Shown piece after piece: positions 12,944 to 22,070 of a DNA stretch of 64,000 nucleotides. The notes under the pieces were generated by a model. That model was not told the DNA's origin. It searched no databases and saw only the letters and a program-made list of their open reading frames with translations. Positions within the stretch are counted from its first letter, which is position 1, and every line of letters starts with the position of its first letter. Where the stretch lies: contig CAWAWS010000022.1 in the NCBI GenBank assembly GCA_963785725.1, forward strand, positions 96,001 through 160,000. The letters are read 5' to 3'. The DNA is from an uncultured delta proteobacterium (GTDB lineage: Bacteria; Myxococcota_A; Polyangia; Palsa-1104). The translations under genes and the position numbers were made by a program.

Positions 12944-13019
12944 GTCGGGTAAAATAGGTCCCGACAGGCGTCGGGCTAGTGGCGAGGTACTAGGAGGAAT
13001 CGGTGGGAGGATTGGCCGG

Positions 13020-15026
13020 TTGAGCGAGCTCAAGCTGTTCTCGGCGAGCATGCACCGCGTGGTCGCGGCGCTCTCGCACCGATTGACCGCCGAGGAGGTC
13101 GCCGACGGCGTCGTGCGCGAAGCGACGGCTGTCTTCGGCGCATCGGCGTGCATGGTCTCGCTGTTCGAGGAGGAGCGCAATCGCCTGCGCGTGCTGGCGT
13201 CCCACGGCTATCCGCCGAGTGTCGGCGAGCGCTGGTCGGGACGGCCGATGGAGGAGTTCCCGCTCGTGGCCGCGGTTCGTCGCGGCGAGGCGGTCTTCAC
13301 GTCGTCGCGCATGACGGATGCGCGCTTCGACGAGTCGCTGACCAACCAGTTCGGCGACGGCGCCGGCTTCCTCGTGCCGCTGCAGGCGGGCGGGCGCGTG
13401 ATCGGCGGCCTCGCCATGTCCTTCGACCACGTGCGCGAGTTCGCCGACGTCGACCGGCAGTTCATCATGAGCCTCGCCGGCCACTGCGCGCAGTCGCTCG
13501 AGCGCGCGCGGCTGTTCGAGGCGGCGCGCGCGGCGACCGAGGCCGCCGAGGCCGCGCGGCGCGAGCTCGAAGCCGTGCTGCACCAGCTGCCGATCGGCGT
13601 GTCGGTGGTGCGCGCCGACGGCCGCATCACGATCAACGAAGAGGCGCAGCGGATCTTCGGAACCAATGTCGGCGTCTCGACGATGGAGCGCGTCGCCGCC
13701 GTCTATCCGCCGCCGATGATGAAGCACCCCGACGGACGCGATTACGTCGCCGAGGAGGTGCCCATCGGGCGCGCCCTGCGCGGCGAGTCCGTCGTCGCCG
13801 AGGAGCTGCTCATGACCTGCAGCGACGGCTCCTTGCGGCGGGTCCGCATCAACGCCGCCCCCGTCCGCGGCGACGGCGGCCGAATCGCGGCCGCCGTCAT
13901 CGTCTTCTCCGACATCACGCGCGAGTCTGCGATCGCCGAGGATCTGCGCAAGCACGAGCGTCGCTATCGCGCCGTCTTGCGCGCCACCAACGACGTCATC
14001 TGGGAGGCCGACCCCGACACCCACGCGCTCGAGTGGAACGGCGCGCTCGAGCGCGTCTACGGCTATCGGCCCGAGGCCACCAACGCGCATCCGCAAGGCG
14101 GGATCGGCTGGTGGATCGACAACCTCCATCCCGACGATCGGGCGGAGGTGTTGGCGTCGTACGAGGCGGCGTCCCAGCGCGGCGACGAGACGTGGATCGC
14201 GGAGTATCGCCTGCGGCGCGCCGACGGCGTCTACGTGGCGACCTTCGATCGCTGCGTCTTCGAGCGCGACGACGCGGGCGCGCTCGTGCGGGTCGTCGGC
14301 GCCCTCACCGACGTCAGCGAGCAGCGCCGGCTGTTCGACGAGCTGCGCGACGCGGTGCGGGTGCGCGACGACTTCTTGTCGATCGCCGGTCACGAGCTGC
14401 GCACGCCGCTGGCGGCGCTGTCGGCCAACCTGCTCGGGCTGCGGATGCTGCCGCTCGACGACGCGCAGCGTGCGCAGAAGGTGGCCGCCGCCGAGCGGCA
14501 GACGCGGCGCCTGAATGCGCTGGTCGACGAGCTGCTCGACGTCTCGCGCATCGTCCACGGTAAGCTGCAGCTGCAGCACGACGACGTCGACCTGGCCACC
14601 GTCGTGCACGAAGCCGCGGCTCGGCTGCGCGAGGAGTTCCGCCGCGACGGCACGCCGCTCGTCGTCGACGCGGTGGGGCCGACGCATGGGCGTTGGGATT
14701 GGCTGCGCCTCGACCTCGTCGTCACCAACCTGCTCACCAACGCGCTGCGCTACGGCGAGCGCCGGCCGGTCCACGTGCGCGTCGACGCCGACGCCAAGCG
14801 CGCCCGCGTCACCGTCGTCGACGAGGGCATGGGCATTCGCGGCGAGGATCGCGAGCGCATCTTCGAGCGCTTCGCGCGCGCGGTGCCGGCGCGGCAGTTC
14901 GGCGGGCTCGGCGTCGGCCTGTGGCTGTCGCGGCAGATCGCCGAAGCCCACGGCGGCTCCTTGCGCGTCGTCAGCGCGCCCGGCGCCGGCTCCACCTTCA
15001 CGCTCGAGCTGCCGAGGAGGCCATGA
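13020..15026 (+). CDS. GAF-PAS-PAS sensor histidine kinase
   Basis: GAF and PAS domains, GHELRTPL, NLLTNALRY, DEGMGI, GLGVGL. Start uncertain: TTG 13020 after GGGAGG, or ATG 13050. Confidence 0.9.
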   Translation: MSELKLFSASMHRVVAALSHRLTAEEVADGVVREATAVFGASACMVSLFEEERNRLRVLASHGYPPSVGERWSGRPMEEFPLVAAVRRGEAVFTSSRMTDARFDESLTNQFGDGAGFLVPLQAGGRVIGGLAMSFDHVREFADVDRQFIMSLAGHCAQSLERARLFEAARAATEAAEAARRELEAVLHQLPIGVSVVRADGRITINEEAQRIFGTNVGVSTMERVAAVYPPPMMKHPDGRDYVAEEVPIGRALRGESVVAEELLMTCSDGSLRRVRINAAPVRGDGGRIAAAVIVFSDITRESAIAEDLRKHERRYRAVLRATNDVIWEADPDTHALEWNGALERVYGYRPEATNAHPQGGIGWWIDNLHPDDRAEVLASYEAASQRGDETWIAEYRLRRADGVYVATFDRCVFERDDAGALVRVVGALTDVSEQRRLFDELRDAVRVRDDFLSIAGHELRTPLAALSANLLGLRMLPLDDAQRAQKVAAAERQTRRLNALVDELLDVSRIVHGKLQLQHDDVDLATVVHEAAARLREEFRRDGTPLVVDAVGPTHGRWDWLRLDLVVTNLLTNALRYGERRPVHVRVDADAKRARVTVVDEGMGIRGEDRERIFERFARAVPARQFGGLGVGLWLSRQIAEAHGGSLRVVSAPGAGSTFTLELPRRP

Positions 15027-15400
15027 AACACGCGCTGCTTTTGATCGACGACGATGCCGACATCCGCGAGTCGTTCGCCGACCTCTTCGTCTATTCGGGC
15101 TGGGCCGTCGGTTGCGCCGCCGACGGCATCGAGGCGCTGGAGTGGCTGGCCGCGCACGAGCGGCCCGACGTCATCCTGCTCGACCTCAAGATGCCGCGCT
15201 GCGACGGCTACGAGTTTCGCGAGCGCCAGCTGACCGACCCGCGCTGGAAGGACATTCCGACGGTCATCTTCACCGCCGACACGCAGGTCGACGGCGCCGA
15301 CTTACCGTCGCTGCGCGGGGTCACCGTCGTGCGCAAGTCGGCGGAGCTGGCGCAGCTCTTGGCGGTCCTCGACCGCGCCTGCGCGCCCGCCGATCGCTGA
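15023..15400 (+). CDS. Single-domain response regulator
   Basis: ATGA overlap; LLIDDD, LLDLKMPRCDG. Confidence 0.9.
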   Translation: MKHALLLIDDDADIRESFADLFVYSGWAVGCAADGIEALEWLAAHERPDVILLDLKMPRCDGYEFRERQLTDPRWKDIPTVIFTADTQVDGADLPSLRGVTVVRKSAELAQLLAVLDRACAPADR

Positions 15401-15493
15401 AACGGCGTGACGACGTATGCTGTCGGACCGAGCGGTTCGACCGGCGGCCGGCCTGCCTTCTTGCGGAGACGACCTATACTATGGGACCGAGCC

Positions 15494-18193
15494 ATGAAAG
15501 ATGAGCACCGCGAGCGGCTGCGCGCCATCCCCGACCCCGTGGCGCTGCTCGAGGGGATGTTCGCCAACGCGCCGGTCGCCTATCAAATCTACACGCCCGA
15601 TGGCCACAGCCTGTTGGTCAACGATGCGTTCCGTCAGCTGTTCGGCGTCGAGCCGCCGCCCGAGTACAACGTGCTCGAGGACGAGGTGGCCGAGGCCGCC
15701 GGCCAGCTGTCGATTTTGCGCCGCGCGTTTCGCGGCGACACCGTCGAGACCATGCCCACCTGGTACGACCCGCGTGAGCTCAAGCAGGTCTCCGTCGCCG
15801 AGGGACGCCGTTGCGCGATGATCTGCAGCGCCTTCCCGCTCTTCGACGCGGCCGGCGCCATCGCCTACGTCGTGTTCGTGTTCAAGGACGTCACGGCCGA
15901 GCTGGAGGCGCGCGAGCGAGCGGAGGCGGAGCGCGATCTCTTGCGCGCCATCATCGACCAGAGCGGCGACGGGATCATCGTCGCCGATGCCCGCGGCGAG
16001 CTCACGATCTTCAACCGCGCCGCCGCCGATCAGCACGGCGCCAGCGGGCGCGGCCTGCGGGCAGAGCGCTGGGCCGAGCTGGTGAAGCTCATCAGGCTCG
16101 ACGGCCAGCCGCTGCCGTTCGACGAGCTGCCGCTGCAGCAGGCGCTGGTCGATCGCACGGTCCGCGAAGGGCGCTGGCGCGTCTGCCGTCCCGACGGCGT
16201 CGTGCGCACCATCAGCGGGACCGCGGCGCCGGTGACCGGGCCCGATGGCAAAGCGGGCGGCGCCATCCTGGTCACGCGCGACGAGACCGAGCGGCTGGCG
16301 CTCGAGGCGCGCATGGGCGCCATGGATGCGCAGCTGCGCGCCATCGTCGAGCATAGCCCCAACGCGCTGTATCTGAAGGACCTGCAAGGGCACCACCTGT
16401 GGATGAGCCCCGGCTACGAGCGACGAAGCGGGCGCCCGCTCGGCTCATTCGCCGGCAAGACCGCGCGCGAGGTGTTTCCGCCCGAGATGGCGGCGGTCAT
16501 GGAGGAGAACGATCGTCGCGTCATCGCCACGCGCGCGCCGGTCACGAGCGAAGAGGAGGTGCTCGAGCAGGACGGCCTGCACACCTATCTGACGGCGAAG
16601 TTTCCGGTGCTGGATGCCGCCGGGGTCGTGATCGAAGTCGGCGGCCTGTCGACCGACATCACGGAGATCAAGCAGGCCCAGCAGCGGTTGCGTCAGGCCG
16701 AGGAGCGCTTCACGCGCTACTTCCAGGTGAGCCCGTTTCCGGCGGCCATCCTCGCGGTCGACGGGCGGATCCTCGACGTCAACCCAGCGGGCGAGCGCTT
16801 CGCCGGGCTGCCCCGCGCTTCGCTGATCGGCTGTAACGGGGCGGAGCTGAAGCTGTGGCTCCGGACCGAGGATCGGCAACGCGTCGTCGAAGGGCTGGCG
16901 CGCGATGGCCGCGTCCGCGACCACGCCGCGATCATGGAGACCTCCGACGGCAAGCAGCACCATATCCTCTTGTCCGTCGAGAAGATGGATGTCGGGGACG
17001 AGGCCCGCCTCATGGCGATGATCCACGACATGACCGAGCACGTGCAGCTCGAGAACGACCTGCGTCAGTCGCAGAAAATGGAAGCGCTGGGGCGTCTGGC
17101 CGGCGGCGTCGCGCACGACTTCAACAACCTGCTCACCGCGCTGAGCGGCTACAACTCGCTGCTGCTTGCGGCGCTGCCGGCGGCCGATTCGCGGCGCGAC
17201 TTCGCCGAGCGGGTGGCGCAGGCGGCCCGGCGCGCCTCGGCGCTCACCCATCAGCTGCTGGCGTTCAGTCGCAAGCAGCCGATGGCGATCGAGGACCTGG
17301 ACGTCAACGAGGTGATTCGCAGCACGATGGACATGCTGCGGCGCTTGATCGGCGAAGACGTGGCCCTCGTCTCCGAGCTGCAGCCGCGGCTCGATTCGGT
17401 GCGCGCCGATCGCGCGCAGATCGAGCAGGTGATCGTGAACCTGGTGGTCAACGCGCGCGACGCCATGCCGCACGGCGGGCGCATCACGCTGGCGACGGCC
17501 AACGTGCACGTCGACCGCTGCGACTTCGTGCGCTTCTCGGTGCACGACACCGGCATCGGCATCGACCAGCAGGCGCAGGCACGGCTGTTCGAGCCGTTCT
17601 ACACCACCAAAGGCCCCGGCAAGGGAACGGGGCTGGGTCTGGCGATGGTGTACGGCATCGTCAAGCAGGCGGGCGGGCAAGTGCGCGTCGAGAGCGAGCC
17701 GGGCCGCGGCGCGCTGTTCGAGGTGCTGCTGCCGCGCTCGGCCGGCCTCACCGCCGCGACGACGCCGGCGCTGGCGCTGGCCGAGCCGCCACGCGGGCAG
17801 GGAACCATCCTGCTCGTCGAGGACGACGACTCGGTGCGCGACTTCGTCGGCTTCGTGCTGCGCCAGCAGGGCTACGACGTGCTCGAAGCCGAGCACGGGC
17901 CGCGCGCGCTCGAGGTCGCGCAGGCGCACGAGGCTCCGATCGATTTGCTGATCAGCGACGTGGTCATGCCCCACATGAGCGGCTTCGAGGTGGCGGACGC
18001 GCTGCGTCGGTCGCGCCCGGCGCTGCGCGTGCTGCACATGTCCGGCTATTCGAGCGACGCGGTGGCCGGCGCGGCCGCCTTTCTCGCCAAGCCGTTCTCG
18101 CGCGAGACGCTGCTCGAGCGGGTCGGTCAGCTCATCGTGAGCCGGTCGGGCCCGGCGGCGCCGGCCGACGCGCGCGGGCCGCGCCACGATTGA
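15494..18193 (+). CDS. Multi-PAS hybrid histidine kinase / receiver
   Basis: About four PAS domains, QKMEALGRLAGGVAHDFNNLL, NLVVNARDAM, GTGLGL, C-terminal receiver ILLVEDD..SDVVMP. Confidence 0.95.
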   Translation: MKDEHRERLRAIPDPVALLEGMFANAPVAYQIYTPDGHSLLVNDAFRQLFGVEPPPEYNVLEDEVAEAAGQLSILRRAFRGDTVETMPTWYDPRELKQVSVAEGRRCAMICSAFPLFDAAGAIAYVVFVFKDVTAELEARERAEAERDLLRAIIDQSGDGIIVADARGELTIFNRAAADQHGASGRGLRAERWAELVKLIRLDGQPLPFDELPLQQALVDRTVREGRWRVCRPDGVVRTISGTAAPVTGPDGKAGGAILVTRDETERLALEARMGAMDAQLRAIVEHSPNALYLKDLQGHHLWMSPGYERRSGRPLGSFAGKTAREVFPPEMAAVMEENDRRVIATRAPVTSEEEVLEQDGLHTYLTAKFPVLDAAGVVIEVGGLSTDITEIKQAQQRLRQAEERFTRYFQVSPFPAAILAVDGRILDVNPAGERFAGLPRASLIGCNGAELKLWLRTEDRQRVVEGLARDGRVRDHAAIMETSDGKQHHILLSVEKMDVGDEARLMAMIHDMTEHVQLENDLRQSQKMEALGRLAGGVAHDFNNLLTALSGYNSLLLAALPAADSRRDFAERVAQAARRASALTHQLLAFSRKQPMAIEDLDVNEVIRSTMDMLRRLIGEDVALVSELQPRLDSVRADRAQIEQVIVNLVVNARDAMPHGGRITLATANVHVDRCDFVRFSVHDTGIGIDQQAQARLFEPFYTTKGPGKGTGLGLAMVYGIVKQAGGQVRVESEPGRGALFEVLLPRSAGLTAATTPALALAEPPRGQGTILLVEDDDSVRDFVGFVLRQQGYDVLEAEHGPRALEVAQAHEAPIDLLISDVVMPHMSGFEVADALRRSRPALRVLHMSGYSSDAVAGAAAFLAKPFSRETLLERVGQLIVSRSGPAAPADARGPRHD

Positions 18194-18278
18194 CCGCGCA
18201 TTTGCCGTCGCTCTCGAGCGCGTCGACGACCCGGCGCATCCTGAGCGGCTCTCGACGGACGCATGGTACGTTCGCGCC

Positions 18279-19118
18279 ATGATCGCCGGACGCGCCAGCC
18301 TGACCGCCGCCGCCGTGGCGCTGGCGCGCGGAGATCGCCCGCCGGCGCAGCTCCTGCCCGAGCCGCTCGGCTCCGGCGTGCGCCTCTTCGAGCGCGCCGG
18401 AGCGTTCAAAGCGGTCCTTTCGCCGATCGTGCGCCTCGGCTCCTTGGGGCTGGTCGATCACATCGAGCTGCGGACGGCCGCGATCGATGCGGCGGTCACG
18501 ACGGCGGCGCAAAGTGGCATCGAGCAGGTCGTGCTGCTCGGCGCGGGGCTCGATGCTCGCGCGTGGTCCATGCCGGCGCTCGCCGGCGCGACGGTGTTCG
18601 AGATCGATCACCCGACGACCCAGGCCGCCAAGCGCGCCTGGCTCGGAGGGTCGGCGCCGCGGGCGCGCGCGGCGCGCTTCGTGCCGGTCGATTTCGAGCG
18701 CGCGCTGTTCCCGCCCGCGCTCGAAGCGGCGGGCTTCGATCGCCACGCACGCACGGTGTGGATATGGGAGGGCGTCGTCATGTACCTGAGCCGAGCGGCG
18801 ATTCTGGCGACGCTGAGCGACGTCAGCCGGCTCTCGGCGGCCGGCAGCGTCCTCGCCGTGACGTACATCCAGCCGAACATGCGTCTGCCGCCGGCCGTGC
18901 GCGCAGTGGCGCGGTCGCTCTTCGCGCTCTTGGGCGAGCCGCTGGCGACGACGCTGCCCCCGGTCGAGCTGCACACGCTCTTGTCGGACCAAGGCTTCTC
19001 GCTGCGCGACGACACCGGTTCGTCGGAGTGGGCGCGCCAAGCCGGGACGAGCGCACGCCGCGCGCTGCTCTTTGCCGGCGAGCGGCTGGCGATCGCGACG
19101 CGGCGGCCGGACGAATAA
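18279..19118 (+). CDS. Class I SAM-dependent methyltransferase (leucine carboxyl methyltransferase-like)
   Basis: QVVLLGAGLDAR, FEIDHP, WIWEGVVMYL. Confidence 0.9.
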   Translation: MIAGRASLTAAAVALARGDRPPAQLLPEPLGSGVRLFERAGAFKAVLSPIVRLGSLGLVDHIELRTAAIDAAVTTAAQSGIEQVVLLGAGLDARAWSMPALAGATVFEIDHPTTQAAKRAWLGGSAPRARAARFVPVDFERALFPPALEAAGFDRHARTVWIWEGVVMYLSRAAILATLSDVSRLSAAGSVLAVTYIQPNMRLPPAVRAVARSLFALLGEPLATTLPPVELHTLLSDQGFSLRDDTGSSEWARQAGTSARRALLFAGERLAIATRRPDE

Positions 19119-19201
19119 TCGGCCGCGACGTCGCGGCGAGCCGCGCGTTGCTCAGCCATCCCGCGGCGCGCTCGCCGATCGATCGACCGACCGCGGCGCG
19201 C

Positions 19202-19792
19202 TCAGTGGTTCGGCTGCTCGCCGCACAAGCTGCCGCGCAACGCCTGCGCCCGCTCGTGCACGAAGAGCAGCTTCTTGAAGACCGTCTGGCGCGACCAGCG
19301 CGTGGCGTCGGCGATGTCGTCCATGCTCCGCTCTTCGCAATAGCGCATGACGACGATCTGCCCCACTCGACGATCGAAGCGCGTCAGAAAGCGGCGCGCC
19401 AGGTCGCGATCTTCCACCGGGTCGGGCGCGGCGGCCGTCGCGCCGCGTCGCCGCGCGACCGAGTCGTCGCCCGCAGGCACACGCGCGCGCAGCTGATCGA
19501 AGCAGCAGCGCTCGGCCACGCGGTAGAGCCAGCCGAGCGGCGCCTGGGCCTCGGTGAACGAATGGCCGTAGAGCCACAGCTTCAAGAACACGGTCTGCGT
19601 GGCGTCCTCGGCCTGCTGCTCGTCGCGCAGGATGCGCCGGCAGCGCCGCAGCACCTGGGGACGATACTGGCGATAGACCTCGGTCAGCACGGCTTCCGGC
19701 AGGGCCGGCCGCCGCGCCGGCACGTGGCGTGGCGGCGGCTGCTGCGGCAAAATGTCACGTTCGAATCGACGATGAGCGGCGAGGTTCGGCAT
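19202..19792 (-). CDS. ECF sigma-70 factor
   Basis: AEDATQTVFLKL, WLYRVA, C-terminal HTH (SMDDIA..SRQTVFKKL). Start uncertain. Confidence 0.85.
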   Translation of the reverse strand: MPNLAAHRRFERDILPQQPPPRHVPARRPALPEAVLTEVYRQYRPQVLRRCRRILRDEQQAEDATQTVFLKLWLYGHSFTEAQAPLGWLYRVAERCCFDQLRARVPAGDDSVARRRGATAAAPDPVEDRDLARRFLTRFDRRVGQIVVMRYCEERSMDDIADATRWSRQTVFKKLLFVHERAQALRGSLCGEQPNH

Positions 19793-19922
19793 TGACTTGC
19801 TAGTCCGATCGCGACCGCAAACCTTACGTGAGCCGCCGCACTTCCCGGCCTAACGACGGCGATTCGCGACGGAAAACGACGTCGTGTAATTTTTCCCGCT
19901 CCTCCGACATGGCGATCAAGAC

Positions 19923-20579
19923 ATGTCCAATCGAGCGCTGGCTACCCTTCATTCCGTCGTGTTCGCATCGTCATTCGACTCGGCGCTTCTCTATCGGGAG
20001 CACGCGCCGCGAGTAGCCCGCTGGCTGGCGCAGCTCGGCTGCCCCGAGAGCGAGATCGAGGACGCGACCCAGGAGGTCTTCTTGTTGGCGCATCGCGAGC
20101 GCGACAACTTTCGCGGCGAGGCGCAGGTGACGACGTGGCTCTATCGCATCAGCCGCAACGTCGCGCGGCACCAGCGGCGCAAGCTGCACCTGCGCGCCAC
20201 GCTCGGCGGCTCGGCCGACGAGGTCGCCGGCCACCTGCAGGCGCCGGGACCGACCGCCGCCGACGCGGTCGATCAACGACGGTCGACGTTGCGTCTGCGG
20301 CGCGCGCTAGCACGGCTGCCGGAGCGAGATCGCGCTATCATCCTCATGTTCGAGATCGAAGGGCTGTCGGGCCAGGAGATCGCGCAGCGCACCGCCGCGA
20401 AGCAGGCCACGGTGTGGGTGCGGCTGCATCGCGCCCGCGCGCAGCTGATGGCGGAGCTGGCGCGGCTGCCGCCCGCATTGCCCGCGACCCGTCCGAAGAC
20501 GCGTGCTAGTCTGCGCCAGCATGACGGCGAAGGGTACCGCGAGCGACGCAGGAGCGCTGTCCGCGTCGCCGCCCGATGA
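19923..20579 (+). CDS. ECF sigma-70 factor
   Basis: IEDATQEVFL, TWLYRI, EGLSGQEIA..TVWVRLHRAR. Confidence 0.9.
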   Translation: MSNRALATLHSVVFASSFDSALLYREHAPRVARWLAQLGCPESEIEDATQEVFLLAHRERDNFRGEAQVTTWLYRISRNVARHQRRKLHLRATLGGSADEVAGHLQAPGPTAADAVDQRRSTLRLRRALARLPERDRAIILMFEIEGLSGQEIAQRTAAKQATVWVRLHRARAQLMAELARLPPALPATRPKTRASLRQHDGEGYRERRRSAVRVAAR

Positions 20580-21138
20580 GTCCGCGGCCTGGCAAAAGCT
20601 GCTCGCGTTCATCGCGAACGAAGGCGACGGCGCCGAGGATGCCTACCAGACGGCGCGGGCGCGGCTGGTGAAGTTCTTCGCCTGGCGCGGCTGCCGCAAC
20701 GTCGAGGATTTGGCCGACGAGACGCTCACGCGCGCGGCCAACAAGCTCGCCCACGCCGACGTGCAGGCGGAGCGCCCGATGGCGTTCATCATCGGGATGG
20801 CGCGCATCATCGAGCTCGAGTGGCGGCGGCGCGAAGGTCGCTGGGTCTCCTTCAGTGAGAGCAGCGCCGAGAGCGAGCCGGCGGCGACGCCGAGCCCGAA
20901 CAAGGAGCAGCTGCTGGCGGCGCTCGAGCGCTGCCTCGAGAAGATGGACGCCGCCGATCGGCAGCTGCTCTTGCGCTATCACGAGCCGCGCGGCGAGCGC
21001 CGGGCGCTGGTGCGGCAGGTGATCGCCGAGGAGCTGAGCATGGCCGTCAACGCGCTGCGCGTGCGCATGCACCGGATGCGGCTGCGGGTCGAGGCCTGCG
21101 TCGAGCGCCACCGCGCCCTCGGAGGTCTGGCCGGATGA
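20521..21138 (+). CDS. Divergent ECF-type sigma factor (CHAT-associated type)
   Basis: RLVKFFAWRGC..EDLADETLTR, LERCLEKM..DRQLLLRY, NALRVRMHRMR. Confidence 0.8.
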   Translation: MTAKGTASDAGALSASPPDESAAWQKLLAFIANEGDGAEDAYQTARARLVKFFAWRGCRNVEDLADETLTRAANKLAHADVQAERPMAFIIGMARIIELEWRRREGRWVSFSESSAESEPAATPSPNKEQLLAALERCLEKMDAADRQLLLRYHEPRGERRALVRQVIAEELSMAVNALRVRMHRMRLRVEACVERHRALGGLAG

Positions 21139-22070
21139 GCCGCACGAGCCCGATGCCGGCCGACGCCGAGCTCGAACGGGTGTGGCGCTTCTTGCTCGAC
21201 GAGCTGAGCGAGGCCGAGCGCGTCGCCTTCGAGGACGAGCTGCTGGTCGACGGCGAAGGCTTCGCGCTCGTCGAGAGCGCCGAGGACGAGCTGATCGACG
21301 CCTACGTGCGCTGCGAGCTGTCGGCCGAGCGCCGGCTCCGCTTCGAGCAGCGCTGGTCGACCACGGCGTCGCGTCGCGCGCGCGTGGAGCTGGCGCACGC
21401 GCTGGCGACGCTCGGCGCCGCAGCCACAGTCGCGACGACGCCCGCCGCGACGACGACGGCCGCCACGACGAGCGCCGCCACGACGACAACCGCCGCGACG
21501 ACGACGCCCGCCGCGACGACGACGCCCGCCGCGACAACGGCCGCGGCGACGGCGACGGCGACGGCGACGACCGCCGCGACGACGCCCGCCGTCGGCGGAG
21601 CGGCGCGGCCGCTGCGCGCGGGAGCGGCGGCGCGGCCGCGGCGACGGCAGCTCATCGCGCAAGCGACGGCGGCGGCCCTCGTGCTCGGCGCCTTGGGCAC
21701 GCTCGCTCCGCGGCTGCTGCATCGCCCGCAAGGCGCCGTCGTCGAGCAAACCCTCTCGGCCGACTCGCTCCGCGGCGATACGGCGGCACCGACGGTGCGA
21801 CTGCCCGCGCAGACGTCGCGGCTGCGTTTGCGCCTCGTGCTCGCCGAGTCGCTGCTCGGCAGCGGCGCCGGCTTCGACGTGCTCGCGCGCCGCGAAGACG
21901 AGCCGCCGCGCGTGCTCGCCGCCACCCGCGCCGCGCCCGATGCGCTGTCGGTCGAGCTGCAAGGCGCCGAGCTCATGGCCGGCAGCTACGAGCTGACCGC
22001 GCGCGCCCATCGCCCGGGCGGCGCCGTCGACAATCTCGCCATTTATGCGTTTCGCCTCGATGCTCACTGA
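21135..22070 (+). CDS. Putative anti-sigma factor with Thr/Ala-rich linker, one TM and a C-terminal beta domain
   Basis: ATGA-coupled to the sigma gene. Duplicated N-terminal FLLDELSEAERVAFE / YVRCELSAERRLRFE, T/A tract, TM ATAAALVLGALGTLA. Confidence 0.7.
   Translation: MSRTSPMPADAELERVWRFLLDELSEAERVAFEDELLVDGEGFALVESAEDELIDAYVRCELSAERRLRFEQRWSTTASRRARVELAHALATLGAAATVATTPAATTTAATTSAATTTTAATTTPAATTTPAATTAAATATATATTAATTPAVGGAARPLRAGAAARPRRRQLIAQATAAALVLGALGTLAPRLLHRPQGAVVEQTLSADSLRGDTAAPTVRLPAQTSRLRLRLVLAESLLGSGAGFDVLARREDEPPRVLAATRAAPDALSVELQGAELMAGSYELTARAHRPGGAVDNLAIYAFRLDAH
21420..21590 (+). repeat. Low-complexity coding repeat (GCC/GCG/ACG) encoding AATTTP units
   Basis: Repeated gccgcgacgacgacgccc-like units. 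Confidence 0.85.

Noticed and set aside
21420..21590. CRISPR array near the CHAT gene
   Set aside because: Coding trinucleotide-type repeats without spacers; no cas genes in the window.
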